Shown here: in pieces, positions 20,893-30,801 of the stretch
Position numbering within the stretch: the first letter of the stretch is position 1
Layout: every line of letters begins with the position of its first letter
Source: Thalassobaculaceae bacterium
GTDB taxonomy: Bacteria; Pseudomonadota; Alphaproteobacteria; Thalassobaculales; Thalassobaculaceae
Reading direction: 5' to 3'
DNA: 64,000 nt
NCBI GenBank assembly: GCA_965228875.1
Contig: OZ245843.1
Coordinates: forward strand, 4,632,616 to 4,696,615
Notes under the pieces: model-generated
What the model was told of the DNA's origin: nothing
The model's database searches: none
Seen by the model: the letters and a program-made list of their open reading frames with translations, nothing else
Program-made: the position numbers and the translations under genes

Positions 20893-21585
20893 ATGGACGA
20901 GCAAGCGCTTGACAGTCTCGGGGCCGAGACGGCCGCCGAAACCCGGTGGCCGGAGGATCGTTCCGGCCGTCCGCGGGCATTGTTCATCGCCTGCGGCGCG
21001 CTGGCCCGCGAACTGGTCGACCTCAAGCGCATGACCGGCTGGGCGGAGCTGACCATCACCTGCCTGCCGGCCCACTGGCACAACACGCCGCAGAAGATCG
21101 CCCCGGCCGTCCTGCGCAAGATCCGGGGCGCCGGACGCGGCTACGACCGGGTCTACGTGATCTACGGCGACTGCGGTACCGGCGGCGAACTCGACCGGGT
21201 ACTGGCCGCCGAGGGGGTGGAGCGGATCCCGGGGCCGCACTGCTACCAGATGTTCGCCGGCACCGACTCCTTCACCGAGATGGCGGACCGGGATCCTGGG
21301 CGGTTCTACCTGACCGACTACCTGGTCCGGCATTTCGACCGGCTCATCATCAAAGGACTCGGCCTCGACCGGTATCCCCAGCTCCTGCCGGACTATTTCG
21401 GCCATTACACGACGCTGGTCTATCTGGCGCAGACGGCGGACTCGCGCCTGCGCGACAAGGCGGCGAAGGCGGCCGAGCGGCTTGGCCTCGGGTTCGAGTA
21501 CCGTCATGTGGGGTATGGTGAGCTCGGTGATTTCGTGGCCGCGGCCGCCGAGCCGCAATCTCACGGACACGGCGCGCACCACTGA
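20893..21585 (+). CDS. DUF1638 family protein
   Basis: 'IACGALARE', 'CLPAHWHNTP', 'YGDCGTGG', 'GPHCY', 'FYLTDYL..FDRLIIKGLGLDRYPQL..YFGHY'. Confidence 0.85.
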   Translation: MDEQALDSLGAETAAETRWPEDRSGRPRALFIACGALARELVDLKRMTGWAELTITCLPAHWHNTPQKIAPAVLRKIRGAGRGYDRVYVIYGDCGTGGELDRVLAAEGVERIPGPHCYQMFAGTDSFTEMADRDPGRFYLTDYLVRHFDRLIIKGLGLDRYPQLLPDYFGHYTTLVYLAQTADSRLRDKAAKAAERLGLGFEYRHVGYGELGDFVAAAAEPQSHGHGAHH

Positions 21586-21609
21586 CGCGTCGATCTCAAC
21601 GGGGCCGCC

Positions 21610-21936
21610 ATGGCGCATCTCATTGTCGTATGCTGGCGTGACATTCCGGCACAGGTGATCGTCGAGAAGGGGCGTGGCCGGCGACGCGAGAGCGCCAAGG
21701 TCGAACTGCCGAAGCGTTTCATCGCCGCCATCGATTCCGCCGCCATGCGGGACGGCGCCGAAGGGGCCGATGACTATCTCGAGGAATGGCGGCGCTCCGA
21801 TCCGGTGGATGTGCCCGACGACGACATGGAGGCGACGGCCCGGGCCAGGGCGGCGGAAATCGAGGCCGAGTATCCCGCCGAGCGCCTGCGCGACCTGATC
21901 GCCAATGGCGGAACGGAGACGGCCCGCGGCGCATGA
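21610..21936 (+). CDS. 'Virulence factor' family small protein (Virulence_fact-like)
   Basis: 'WRDIPAQV', 'KVELPKRFIAAIDSAAM', 'DDYLEEWRR'. Confidence 0.8.
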   Translation: MAHLIVVCWRDIPAQVIVEKGRGRRRESAKVELPKRFIAAIDSAAMRDGAEGADDYLEEWRRSDPVDVPDDDMEATARARAAEIEAEYPAERLRDLIANGGTETARGA

Positions 21937-22007
21937 CCCGTTGGCGGATTGCGGGGCCGTGCCGTGCGCGGCAGACTGTCGCCCCGCCTCCAGACCGGAC
22001 CATCGCC

Positions 22008-22736
22008 ATGACGCCTCCTCCCACCCCTTCGCAGGCCACCCTCGACAAGCTGCGCGCGGTCGGCACCGCCACCGTCTCGATGCAGCTTCTCAAGCGCGGC
22101 CTGCGGCACGTCTCGATCGCGGGGGTCAAGCCGCTGCGCCCGGACCAGGGCTGCGTGGTCGGCCCGGCCTACACCCTGCGCTTCCTTCCGCTGCGCGAGG
22201 ACCTATCGGATCCGGCCGTGCTCGGCGCTCGGGGCTACGGCCCCAGGGTGGCGATCGAAGAGTGCCCGCCGGGCTCGGTCATGGTGGTGGAGGCGCGCGG
22301 AATCGCCACCACCGGCACCATCGGCGACATCCTGACGGCGCGGCTGGCGAAACGCGGGGTCGCGGCCATGGTGGTCGACGGCGCGGTGCGCGACGGGGCC
22401 GGGGTCTCGGCGACCGGGTTCGACGTCTGGTGCCTCGGCGCCTCGCCTCCGGCCAGCATCACCCAGCTGTCGGGCGGGGATGTGCAGATCCCGGTGGCAT
22501 GCGGCGACGTCACGGTCTTCCCCGGCGACATCCTGGTCTGCGACGGCGATGGCGCGGTTGTCGTGCCGGTTCGGCTGGCTGACGAGGTCGCCGACGATGC
22601 GGTGGAGCAGGACCGTTTCGAACGATGGGTTCAGGCCCGGGTCGAGGAGGGACGGGCGACCATCGGGCTGTATCCTCCCAACGCCGAGACCCGCGTGGAG
22701 TACGAGGCCTGGAAAGCCGGGGGTGGCGCGCAATGA
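22008..22736 (+). CDS. RraA-like / HMG aldolase family protein
   Basis: 'VGPAYTLRFLP', 'GTIGDILTARL', 'VDGAVRD', 'VFPGDILVCDGDGAVVVP'. Confidence 0.88.
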   Translation: MTPPPTPSQATLDKLRAVGTATVSMQLLKRGLRHVSIAGVKPLRPDQGCVVGPAYTLRFLPLREDLSDPAVLGARGYGPRVAIEECPPGSVMVVEARGIATTGTIGDILTARLAKRGVAAMVVDGAVRDGAGVSATGFDVWCLGASPPASITQLSGGDVQIPVACGDVTVFPGDILVCDGDGAVVVPVRLADEVADDAVEQDRFERWVQARVEEGRATIGLYPPNAETRVEYEAWKAGGGAQ

Positions 22737-24037
22737 GCATTAATGCAGAGGATCTCCTGCGCCGGATGATGGACGCGGCGATCGCCGCCGCCGACCCGGC
22801 CCAGTGCCTGCCGCCGCATCTGCGGGCGCTGGCCCGCGCGCGCCATGACGGGCGTACCGTGGTGATCGGGGCGGGCAAGGCGGCGGCGTCGATGGCGGCG
22901 GCTGTCGAGGCGGTGTTCGCCTCGGAATCGCCGGACTGCGCGCTGGAAGGACTGGTTGTCACCCGCTACGGCCATGGCTGCCCGACCGCGCGGATCGAGG
23001 TGGTCGAGGCGGCTCACCCCGTGCCCGACGCCGCCGGCCGCGAGGCGGCGCGCCGCATCCTGGATCTGGTCTCGGAGCTTGGCGAAGGCGATCGGGTGAT
23101 CGCGCTGATGTCCGGTGGCGGTTCCGCGTTGCTGACCCTGCCGGCGGGAGCGGTGACGCTGGAGGACAAGCAGGCGGTGAACCGCGACCTGCTGAAGAGC
23201 GGGGCCACGATCCACGAGATGAATGCCGTGCGCAAACACCTCTCGGCGATCAAGGGGGGACGGCTGGCGGCGGCTGCGGCGCCGGCCGCGGTGCACGCCT
23301 TCCTGATCTCGGACGTGCCGGGCGACGACCCCGACGTCATCGGCTCGGGACCGACGGTCGCCGATACAAGCACCCTGGCGGACGCCCGGGCGGTGCTGGC
23401 GAAGTATGCGATCACGCCGCCCGAAGGCATTGCCCGGGCGCTGGAGGATCCGGAAAACGAGACGCCGAAGCCGGGCGATCCGGCCTTCGACAACACCGAA
23501 ACGGTGATGGCGGCGCGACCCCAGGCATCGCTGGAGGCGGCGGCCGACATCGCCCGGAGCGCCGGCGTGACGCCGGTCATCCTTGGCGACGCCATCGAGG
23601 GCGAGGCGCGGGACGTGGCGACGGTGATGGCCGGGATCGCCGCCCAGGTCGCCCGCCACGGCCAGCCCGCCGCCGCGCCCTGCGTGCTGCTCTCGGGTGG
23701 GGAGACGACGGTGACGGTGCGCGGTACCGGACGCGGCGGCCGCAACGCCGAATTCCTCTGTGCCTTCGCCGTGACCGTGCAGCGCCGGATGCCGGAACTC
23801 GCGGATCGCATCGCCGCGCTGGCCTGCGACACCGACGGGATCGACGGGACCGAGGACAACGCCGGTGTCCTGTTCGTGCCCGGCGACCTGGAGCGCGCGG
23901 GACGTGTGGGGGTCGATCTCGGCGCACACCTGGCGGACAACGACGGTTACGGTGCCTTCGCCGCCCTCGACCGGCTGATCGTCACCGGACCGACGCTGAC
24001 CAACGTCAACGACTTCCGCGCGGTATTGATCGTCTGA
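22733..24037 (+). CDS. Glycerate 2-kinase / hydroxypyruvate reductase (MOFRL, TtuD-like)
   Basis: 'GAGKAAASMA', 'EAAHPVPD', 'SGGGSALL', 'SGGETTV', 'DTDGIDG', 'TGPTLTNVNDFRA'; ATGA overlap with the upstream gene. Confidence 0.92.
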   Translation: MSINAEDLLRRMMDAAIAAADPAQCLPPHLRALARARHDGRTVVIGAGKAAASMAAAVEAVFASESPDCALEGLVVTRYGHGCPTARIEVVEAAHPVPDAAGREAARRILDLVSELGEGDRVIALMSGGGSALLTLPAGAVTLEDKQAVNRDLLKSGATIHEMNAVRKHLSAIKGGRLAAAAAPAAVHAFLISDVPGDDPDVIGSGPTVADTSTLADARAVLAKYAITPPEGIARALEDPENETPKPGDPAFDNTETVMAARPQASLEAAADIARSAGVTPVILGDAIEGEARDVATVMAGIAAQVARHGQPAAAPCVLLSGGETTVTVRGTGRGGRNAEFLCAFAVTVQRRMPELADRIAALACDTDGIDGTEDNAGVLFVPGDLERAGRVGVDLGAHLADNDGYGAFAALDRLIVTGPTLTNVNDFRAVLIV

Positions 24038-24038
24038 G

Positions 24039-24551
24039 CTACAGCACCCGGCGCTTCTCGGGCGGCAGCAGCCTTGCCTGAACGCCCTGGACGAGGTCGA
24101 ACTGGATCAGGGCGATGACCTGTCTTCCGCCTTCCGGGGTGCGGAACGGGGCCGCGACCTTCCGGACCGAGCGGCAGACCGCGCTGCGTCCGACATAGGG
24201 CATGGTGCAACCGACCAGGCTCCCGGTCCCGATCGCCGCCGTGTAAGCCGCGTGGATCATGTTTCCCGGGCCGTGACCCGGAATCTCGTCGGTTGTCATG
24301 CCGGTGTAGTTCCGCCGGGCGAACCAGTCGATCTGGGTTCCGAGCAGGCGGTAGCGGAACACCGCGTCGCCGAGTTCCTCGACTACCAGGATGTAGGGCA
24401 GGAGCGGCTGGATCGCGGCGGGGGCGAAACGCGTACGGTCGGGAATCTCGTCCGACGCCGTCGACAGCGCAAGCCAGTAGCGGCCGAACCGGCCGACGGG
24501 ATCGTCGCCGAGATCCGCCGCTACCATGGTCCCGGGGCCCGGATCGGGCAC
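24039..24551 (-). CDS. PAS-domain (PAS_5-like) protein
   Basis: 'YW..IPDRTRFAPAAIQPLLPYILVVE..FRYRLLGT..NYTG' pattern. Confidence 0.75.
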   Translation of the reverse strand: MPDPGPGTMVAADLGDDPVGRFGRYWLALSTASDEIPDRTRFAPAAIQPLLPYILVVEELGDAVFRYRLLGTQIDWFARRNYTGMTTDEIPGHGPGNMIHAAYTAAIGTGSLVGCTMPYVGRSAVCRSVRKVAAPFRTPEGGRQVIALIQFDLVQGVQARLLPPEKRRVL

Positions 24552-24648
24552 CCGCGACGCGCTGGCGCTGTTGGCTGGGAGCGGTGTCGTGACGATAGGC
24601 CTCCGTACTGTCCTGTACGACCGGCCGCGCCCTCTCGGACCGGGTCGG

Positions 24649-25836
24649 TCAGATCCGCTCGATTAGTACGGCCATGCCCTGTCCCGCGCCCATGCACATG
24701 GACAGGACGGCGTACCGCTGCCCGGTATCCTCCAGGTGCTGCATGGCCACGAGAGCCATGCGCACGCCGGTCGCCCCCGGCGGGTGGCCGATCGAGATGC
24801 CGCCACCATACAGATTGGTGACGTCGCGGGGAATGCCAAGCTCCCGCTCCGCATGCAGGTTGACCACCGCGAAGGCCTCGTTGATCTCGTAGTAGTCGAT
24901 GTCGGCGGCCTTCAGCCCCCGCTTCTCCCACAGCGCGCGGATCGCCGGAACCGGGCCGCAGCCCATGATCCGCGGCGGCACGCCGACGATCGCCCAGTCG
25001 ACCAGACGCACCCGCGGGCGCACCCCTTCGGCCTCCAGCGCCGCCCGGTCGCCGACCACCACCCAGGCGGCGCCGTCGGTCACGCCCGACGAGTTGCCGG
25101 GGGTGACCTGGCCGCCCTTGCGGAACACCGGCTTGAGGGCGGCCAGCTTGTCCAGCGTGACCGACGGCCGGGGGAATTCGTCGATCTCCATCATCCGCGT
25201 GTTCCGGCGCCCCTCGGGTACCTCGATCGGGGCGATCTGCTTGGCCAGGAAACCGCTGTCGATGGCGGCGCCGGCGCGCTGCTGCGACATCACCCCCCAG
25301 GCGTCCATGTCCTCGCGACGGTACTGGAAGTCCTCGGTCAGGTTCTCCGCCGTCTCGCCCATCAGACCGTGGCCGAACGGATCGGAATAGGCCCACTCCA
25401 CCGTGTCCTCCAGGGCTTGGCGGCCGCGGGTGACGCCCCAGCGCATCCCGGTCTGGGCGTAGGCGCCGCGCGAGAAGTTCTCGCCGCCGCCGGCGATGGC
25501 GATGGTGGAATGGCCGGACAGGATCTGCTGGGCGGCGGTGAGGATCGCCTGGGTCCCGGAGCCGCACGCCCGGTTCACGGCCAGCGCGCAGCTGCTGTCG
25601 GGCATGCCGATGTTCAGGGCGGCGACCCGGCCGACATAGTACCCGTCCGGATCGACCGGCAGCACATTGCCCCAGACGGCGTGATCGATCTTCTGCGGAT
25701 CGAGCTCCGCCGCCTCGACGCAGGCCTTGGCCGCGTGGGTGGCGAGCGTCGACAGCGGAATGTCCTTCAGCGACTTCCCGAAGTCGCCGAACGGCGTCCG
25801 CTTGCCGCCGGCAATGACGATTTCCTGGCTGGCCAT
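24649..25836 (-). CDS. Acetyl-CoA C-acyltransferase (thiolase)
   Basis: 'VNRACGSG', 'EINEAFA', 'GGGISIGHPPGATG', 'MCMGAGQG'. Confidence 0.93.
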   Translation of the reverse strand: MASQEIVIAGGKRTPFGDFGKSLKDIPLSTLATHAAKACVEAAELDPQKIDHAVWGNVLPVDPDGYYVGRVAALNIGMPDSSCALAVNRACGSGTQAILTAAQQILSGHSTIAIAGGGENFSRGAYAQTGMRWGVTRGRQALEDTVEWAYSDPFGHGLMGETAENLTEDFQYRREDMDAWGVMSQQRAGAAIDSGFLAKQIAPIEVPEGRRNTRMMEIDEFPRPSVTLDKLAALKPVFRKGGQVTPGNSSGVTDGAAWVVVGDRAALEAEGVRPRVRLVDWAIVGVPPRIMGCGPVPAIRALWEKRGLKAADIDYYEINEAFAVVNLHAERELGIPRDVTNLYGGGISIGHPPGATGVRMALVAMQHLEDTGQRYAVLSMCMGAGQGMAVLIERI

Positions 25837-25970
25837 CTTTTTCTCCCTCGATCGGCCCTCTGGTTCCGGAGCCTCAACTGTCTGGCCGGCGCAGACTGGC
25901 GCGCCAATCGGACAAGGACAAGGGATCAAAGCGCCCGCGCCGGGCATCCGGCGCTTCGGATGCCGGCTCC

Positions 25971-26966
25971 TCAGGCGCCGGGCTTCTCTTCCTCCCGCCG
26001 GCGTCCGAACAGGGCGGCGCGGATATCCTCGAAGAACATCTCGCCGAGCACGAAGCCGGTGATCGCCAGGATGGCGAGTAGCTGCGGCACGGTGATGCTG
26101 TCGCCCAGGATGAAGAAGGCCAGGAACGCGGCGATCACCGGCTTCAGGAAGAACAGGTAGTTGCCGCGCGCCGGATCCGGGACGTTGCCGAGACCCCAGA
26201 GCCAGAGAATGAAGCCGATGCAGGTGTTCCAGATGCCGAGCGTGATCATCGCCGCCGCCTGCCCGCCGGGGCGGTCGAACAGGGTGGTGGGGTCGACCCA
26301 GATGCCCCAGAGCGCGCCGGCGACGAACCACATGGCCACCGCACCGAGGGCGAAGGTGTAGGTGGTCATGCGGATGGCGCCGTATTTCTTGATGAGCGGA
26401 CGGACCAGAACGAGGTAGATGGCGCCGATCACCGCGCAGCCGACCGCCAGCAGAATGCCCGGCAGGGTGCTCTCGCCGCCGTCGAGCCGGTCGAGGACAC
26501 CGTCGGTGAACAGGAACAGGCAGCCAAGGAAGGCGCCGACGCCACTGACCAGCTTGGGCGCGGTGATCGGCGTGCCGTCGACGATCCGCAGCACGAACAC
26601 CACGAAGATCGGCATCGTCGTCACCATGGTCGCGACCTGCACCACCGTCGCGTAGTCGAGGGCCCAGTGGAACAGGAATTGGGCGAAGGCCATGCCGAAG
26701 ACCGACAGCCCGACCACCGGCAGCAGATCCTGGCGCAGCGGGGTGATCAGGTCGCGGGTCTGACTGCGCGCGAGGGAGACCAGAACGAGCGCCGCACCGC
26801 CGAGCATGAACCGCCAGACCGTGACCTCGGCGCCCTGAAGCTGGGTCAGCTTGACGACGAATTCGCTCGATGCGTGTCCGCACACGCCGGCGAAGGCGGC
26901 AAGATAGGCGAGCGTGACCAGGGTTCGCGAGGGCGCGGCCGCCGAGCCGCCGTCGGTGGAAGCCAT
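25971..26966 (-). CDS. DMT/EamA family transporter
   Basis: About 10 hydrophobic helices in two repeats; 'YLFFLKPVIAAFLAFFILGD'. Confidence 0.88.
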   Translation of the reverse strand: MASTDGGSAAAPSRTLVTLAYLAAFAGVCGHASSEFVVKLTQLQGAEVTVWRFMLGGAALVLVSLARSQTRDLITPLRQDLLPVVGLSVFGMAFAQFLFHWALDYATVVQVATMVTTMPIFVVFVLRIVDGTPITAPKLVSGVGAFLGCLFLFTDGVLDRLDGGESTLPGILLAVGCAVIGAIYLVLVRPLIKKYGAIRMTTYTFALGAVAMWFVAGALWGIWVDPTTLFDRPGGQAAAMITLGIWNTCIGFILWLWGLGNVPDPARGNYLFFLKPVIAAFLAFFILGDSITVPQLLAILAITGFVLGEMFFEDIRAALFGRRREEEKPGA

Positions 26967-27104
26967 GGGGATCTCCGGATTTCGTTGCCTAGCAGACTAT
27001 AAGACGGGCCACGGCTGGGGAAGTCTCGGGTTGGCGGCCCGGGCGGTATGGTGGCTGTGTCGTGACGCTTACGTTTGTCATCAATCCGTGCGATGACTTG
27101 GGTC

Positions 27105-28520
27105 ATGAGACGGTTCCGCAGCACAAAGATCGTCGCGACGCTCGGCCCCGCCAGCTCCGACGCCGACATGATCCGCCACCTGTTCGAGGCAGGGGTGGAC
27201 GTCTTCCGCTTTAATTTCTCCCACGGCAGCCACGACGATCACCAGAAACGCTGCGACATCGTGCGCACGCTGGAAAAGGAGAGTGGCAGGCCGATCGCCA
27301 TCATGGCCGATCTTCAGGGGCCGAAGCTGCGCATCGGGACGTTTCCCGACGGCCCGATCGAGCTTGCCGCCGGCGACCGGTTCCGCCTGGAACTTGCCGA
27401 CGGACCGGGATCCAGGGAACGGGTGACGCTGCCCCATCCGGAGATCTTCGCCGCGCTGGAGCCCGGGGTGGAACTGCTGCTCGACGACGGCAAGATCCGG
27501 CTGCGCGTCGTTGCCTGCGATGCCGGGTCGGCCGACACGGAAGTGGTGACCGGCGGGCCGCTCTCCGACCGCAAGGGCGTGAACGTGCCGGGCGCGGTGC
27601 TGCCGCTGTCGGCGCTGACTCCGAAGGACCAGGCCGACATGCGTTTCGCCCTGGACATGGGGGCGGACTGGATCGCGCTGTCCTTCGTGCAGCGCCCGGA
27701 AGACGTGGCCGAGGCGCGCAAGCTGATCGCCGGCCGGGCCTCGGTGCTGGTCAAGCTGGAGAAGCCGGCCGCCATCGAGCAGCTCGACCGGATCGTCGAG
27801 ATCGCCGACGCGGTGATGGTCGCGCGCGGTGATCTGGGCGTCGAACTGCCGCCGCAGAAGGTGCCGCCCATCCAGAAGCGGATCGTCCGGCTCTGCCGCT
27901 CGCTCGGCAAACCGGTGATCGTGGCGACCCAGATGCTCGACAGCATGGTCAATGCTCCGGCGCCGACCCGGGCCGAGGCCTCGGACGTGGCGACCGCCGT
28001 CTACGACAACGCCGATGCGGTGATGCTGTCGGCCGAGACGGCGGCGGGCAAGTATCCGCTCGAGGCGGTCACGATGATGAACCAGATCATCGTCAACGTG
28101 GAGAGCGACGACTTCTACCTCGCGGCCGCCCACGCCGACCAACCGGTTCCCGACCACACCGTGTCCGACGCGATCACCCTCGCCGCGCGCGAGGTGGCGG
28201 AGGCGATCCGGGCCGGCTGCATCGTCACCTACACGACCTCCGGATCGACCACGATCCGCACCTCGCGCGAGCGGCCGACGGTGCCGATCCTGTGCATCAC
28301 GTCGTCGATGAAGACGGCGCGGCGCCTGGCGATGGCCTGGGGCGTCCATGCCGTGGCCATCGCCCAGGAGGAGCGGTTCTCGGCGATCGTCCAGCGCGCC
28401 ACCGAGGTCGCCAAGAGCGAGGGTTTCGCCGGCACCGGCGACAAGGTGGTCATCACGGCGGGCGTGCCCATGGGCAAGCCAGGGTCGACCAACGTGCTGC
28501 GGGTGGAGCGGATTCCCTGA
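27105..28520 (+). CDS. pyk: Pyruvate kinase
   Basis: 'TKIVATLGPAS', 'FRFNFSHG', 'DLQGPKLR', 'MVARGDLGVE', 'ATQMLDSM', 'DAVMLSAETA'. Confidence 0.97.
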   Translation: MRRFRSTKIVATLGPASSDADMIRHLFEAGVDVFRFNFSHGSHDDHQKRCDIVRTLEKESGRPIAIMADLQGPKLRIGTFPDGPIELAAGDRFRLELADGPGSRERVTLPHPEIFAALEPGVELLLDDGKIRLRVVACDAGSADTEVVTGGPLSDRKGVNVPGAVLPLSALTPKDQADMRFALDMGADWIALSFVQRPEDVAEARKLIAGRASVLVKLEKPAAIEQLDRIVEIADAVMVARGDLGVELPPQKVPPIQKRIVRLCRSLGKPVIVATQMLDSMVNAPAPTRAEASDVATAVYDNADAVMLSAETAAGKYPLEAVTMMNQIIVNVESDDFYLAAAHADQPVPDHTVSDAITLAAREVAEAIRAGCIVTYTTSGSTTIRTSRERPTVPILCITSSMKTARRLAMAWGVHAVAIAQEERFSAIVQRATEVAKSEGFAGTGDKVVITAGVPMGKPGSTNVLRVERIP

Positions 28521-28527
28521 CCGGCGG

Positions 28528-28555
28528 CGTCATCCCGGACGGTGCCGGGATGACG
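28528..28555. repeat. REP-like palindrome / possible bidirectional terminator
   Basis: CGTCATCCCGG-ACGGTG-CCGGGATGACG between convergent pyk and dsyB; the CGTCATCCCGGAC arm recurs at 34140. Confidence 0.7.
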
Positions 28556-28576
28556 GTGTGAGGTTCGGAGACCGGG

Positions 28577-29605
28577 TCAGGCCGCCTTGCGGCCGGTGAT
28601 CACGCGGGTCATGCCGGGGATCAGGTCGTCGTCCATCTCGATGGTGAAGCCGGCGCGCTTCAGGTGCTCCTCGACGAAGCCGGGGGTCATGCCGACGCCG
28701 TCCGGCGTATAGACCATGTGCTGCAGTTGCCAGAGCGCGGCGAGGGTCGGGCCGTCGCGATCGTCGGTCACCATGAAGTCGTGGATGGCGATCAGCCCGC
28801 CCGGCTTGAGCACCCGATAGGCGTCGTCGCACAGCTTGGTGATCGCTTCGCCCGGAACGCCGGAGAACAGGTAGCTCATCAGCACGATGTCCTGGTCGAC
28901 CGGCCAGTTCGCATTCGTGCCGTCGCCGGCGACGAAGTCGACCCGGTCGCTCATGCCCTCCTCGGCGACGAAGGCCTTCCCGACCTCGATCACGTTGGGG
29001 AAGTCGAGCACGGTGGCGTGCAGCTTCGCGAACCGCTTGCAGAACATGATCGAGAAGGCGCCGGAGCCGCCGCCGACATCGAGCATCGAGGCGACATCCT
29101 CGCTGACCGCGCCGTCGCGCAGCAGACGCTTGGCCAGCACGGCCGCCGGGCCCAGCGAACCGGAGTGCTGCGACCGGCTGAACAGTTCGGCGTGGCCGCG
29201 ATCGGCCATCCAGGAGGCGTAGTCGGGATACTCCACGTCGTCCAGGTCGCCGAGCAGCACCTTGTCCAGGTTCTCCATGAACGGATACATCTGGCGGTCG
29301 ATCTGGAAGCGCAGGTAGTCGCCGAAATAGTTGGCGTTGTCGCGCACCAGATAGGCGTCGCTCGCCGGCGCGTTGGCGATGGTGTCGCCGTCGCGGGTCA
29401 GCAGGCCGACCGAGACCAGGGCGGTGACCAGCGTCTCCATGCGCTGGACCGGAACCTTCGTCGCCCGGGCCAGGTCCGCGATCGGTTTCGGACCGTCCGC
29501 GAGCGTCCCGAACACGTCCACATGCAGCGCGGCGAAAAGGGCCTTCGACGCCATGAATCCGAAGGCGAGGACGGAGATGTCTTCGGCGGATTCGATCGGT
29601 TTCAC
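28577..29605 (-). CDS. dsyB: DsyB-like methylthiohydroxybutyrate S-methyltransferase (DMSP synthesis)
   Basis: Methyltransf_2 fold ('LDVGGGSG'). Segments match recalled DsyB sequences: 'AFGFMASKALFAAL', 'DYLRFQIDRQMY', 'SQHSGSLGPA', 'LMSYLFSGV', 'GP.LAALWQLQH', 'IPGMT'. Confidence 0.82.
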   Translation of the reverse strand: MKPIESAEDISVLAFGFMASKALFAALHVDVFGTLADGPKPIADLARATKVPVQRMETLVTALVSVGLLTRDGDTIANAPASDAYLVRDNANYFGDYLRFQIDRQMYPFMENLDKVLLGDLDDVEYPDYASWMADRGHAELFSRSQHSGSLGPAAVLAKRLLRDGAVSEDVASMLDVGGGSGAFSIMFCKRFAKLHATVLDFPNVIEVGKAFVAEEGMSDRVDFVAGDGTNANWPVDQDIVLMSYLFSGVPGEAITKLCDDAYRVLKPGGLIAIHDFMVTDDRDGPTLAALWQLQHMVYTPDGVGMTPGFVEEHLKRAGFTIEMDDDLIPGMTRVITGRKAA

Positions 29606-29887
29606 GGGTCTTTACCTCTCTGTCGGTGGGATTTTTTGTGTGAAACGCATGTTGCAGCGCAGCACAATCCTACCCGATCCGACCGTTCGACCAAACCCCC
29701 GATGTGGAAAATCCGACATTTCCTCGTCAGAACGTCGCCAATGGGACATTTCCGGCGGATGGTTCTCGGCTGTCTTGAGAAACGGTCGGACGTGCACATC
29801 TTTCTGTTTGGATTTCGATCACGGTCGCCAGTCGAAGAGCACCAGTCAGTGAGCGCCAATCAGAGCGCCAATCAGGGAGAATGACCA

Positions 29888-30628
29888 ATGAGACTACTCG
29901 CGACAGCCGCGCTTGCGGCCCTGCTGCCCATCTCCGCCGCCGCCGGGGAGGCCGTCGACTACAGCGTCGGCGGGGAAGCGTTCACCGGATACAGGGCCGA
30001 GGCCGCCGGCAGCTCCAAGGGGCTGGTGCTCATCATCCACGACTGGGACGGGCTGACCGAGTACGAGGAGAAGCGGGCCGAGATGCTCGCGGCGTTGGGC
30101 TACGACGCCTTCGCCGTTGACCTGTACGGCAAGGGCAACCGCCCGGTCGAGACCGGCGCGAAGAAGGCCGAGACCGGGAAGCTCTACAAGGACCGGGAGC
30201 GCATGCGCAGCCTGATCCTGGGTGGGCTGGCCGAGGCGCGGAAGAGCATGGACGGCAAGACCGTGGTCATGGGCTATTGCTTCGGCGGCGCCGCGACCCT
30301 CGAACTGGCGCGCTCCGGCAAGGCCGACAACGTGACCGGCTACGCCACCTTCCATGGCGGCCTCTCGACGCCGGCGGGCCAGAGCTATGCCGCCGATACG
30401 CCGCCGCTGCTGATCGCCCATGGCGGGGCGGACGCCGCGATCTCCATGGCCGATGTGGCATCGCTTTCCGAGGAACTGGAGGCGACCGGGGTCGCATATG
30501 AGATCCAGGTCTATTCCGGGGCGCCGCACGCCTTCACCGTGTTCGGCTCGTCGCGGTACCGCGAGGTCGCGGACACCAAGTCATGGGACGCCTTCACCGG
30601 GTTCCTGGAGACGAACCTGGGCGGATGA
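29888..30628 (+). CDS. Dienelactone hydrolase family protein (exported)
   Basis: Signal peptide; 'IHDWDGL', nucleophile 'GYCFGG', 'FHG', 'YSGAPHAF'. Confidence 0.92.
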   Translation: MRLLATAALAALLPISAAAGEAVDYSVGGEAFTGYRAEAAGSSKGLVLIIHDWDGLTEYEEKRAEMLAALGYDAFAVDLYGKGNRPVETGAKKAETGKLYKDRERMRSLILGGLAEARKSMDGKTVVMGYCFGGAATLELARSGKADNVTGYATFHGGLSTPAGQSYAADTPPLLIAHGGADAAISMADVASLSEELEATGVAYEIQVYSGAPHAFTVFGSSRYREVADTKSWDAFTGFLETNLGG

Positions 30629-30663
30629 ATAGAGACTGAGTAATGGGAGACGAACATTTTGAA

Positions 30664-30765
30664 AGGGTTCCGCTCTGAGGGGCGGAACCCTATGAGGCCT
30701 GGAAAAGGGACTCAGTCAGCACCGACGGTTTCTGGCCATCAGGCTGACTGGGTTTCGAATTTTTT
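30664..30765. terminator. Two hairpins between convergent genes; probable terminator region
   Basis: AGGGTTCCGC..GCGGAACCCT (30664-30691) and ACTCAGTCAGC..GCTGACTGGGT (30710-30753), followed by a T-run. Confidence 0.55.
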
Positions 30766-30801
30766 ATGAGAGGGGTGAAGCGCTTGGTCGGGCGTTCTTG
30801 A

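Noticed and set aside
25837..26883. N-terminal extension making a 744-aa thiolase
   Set aside because: Overlaps the DMT gene in another frame; the thiolase starts at 25836 after a GGAG RBS.
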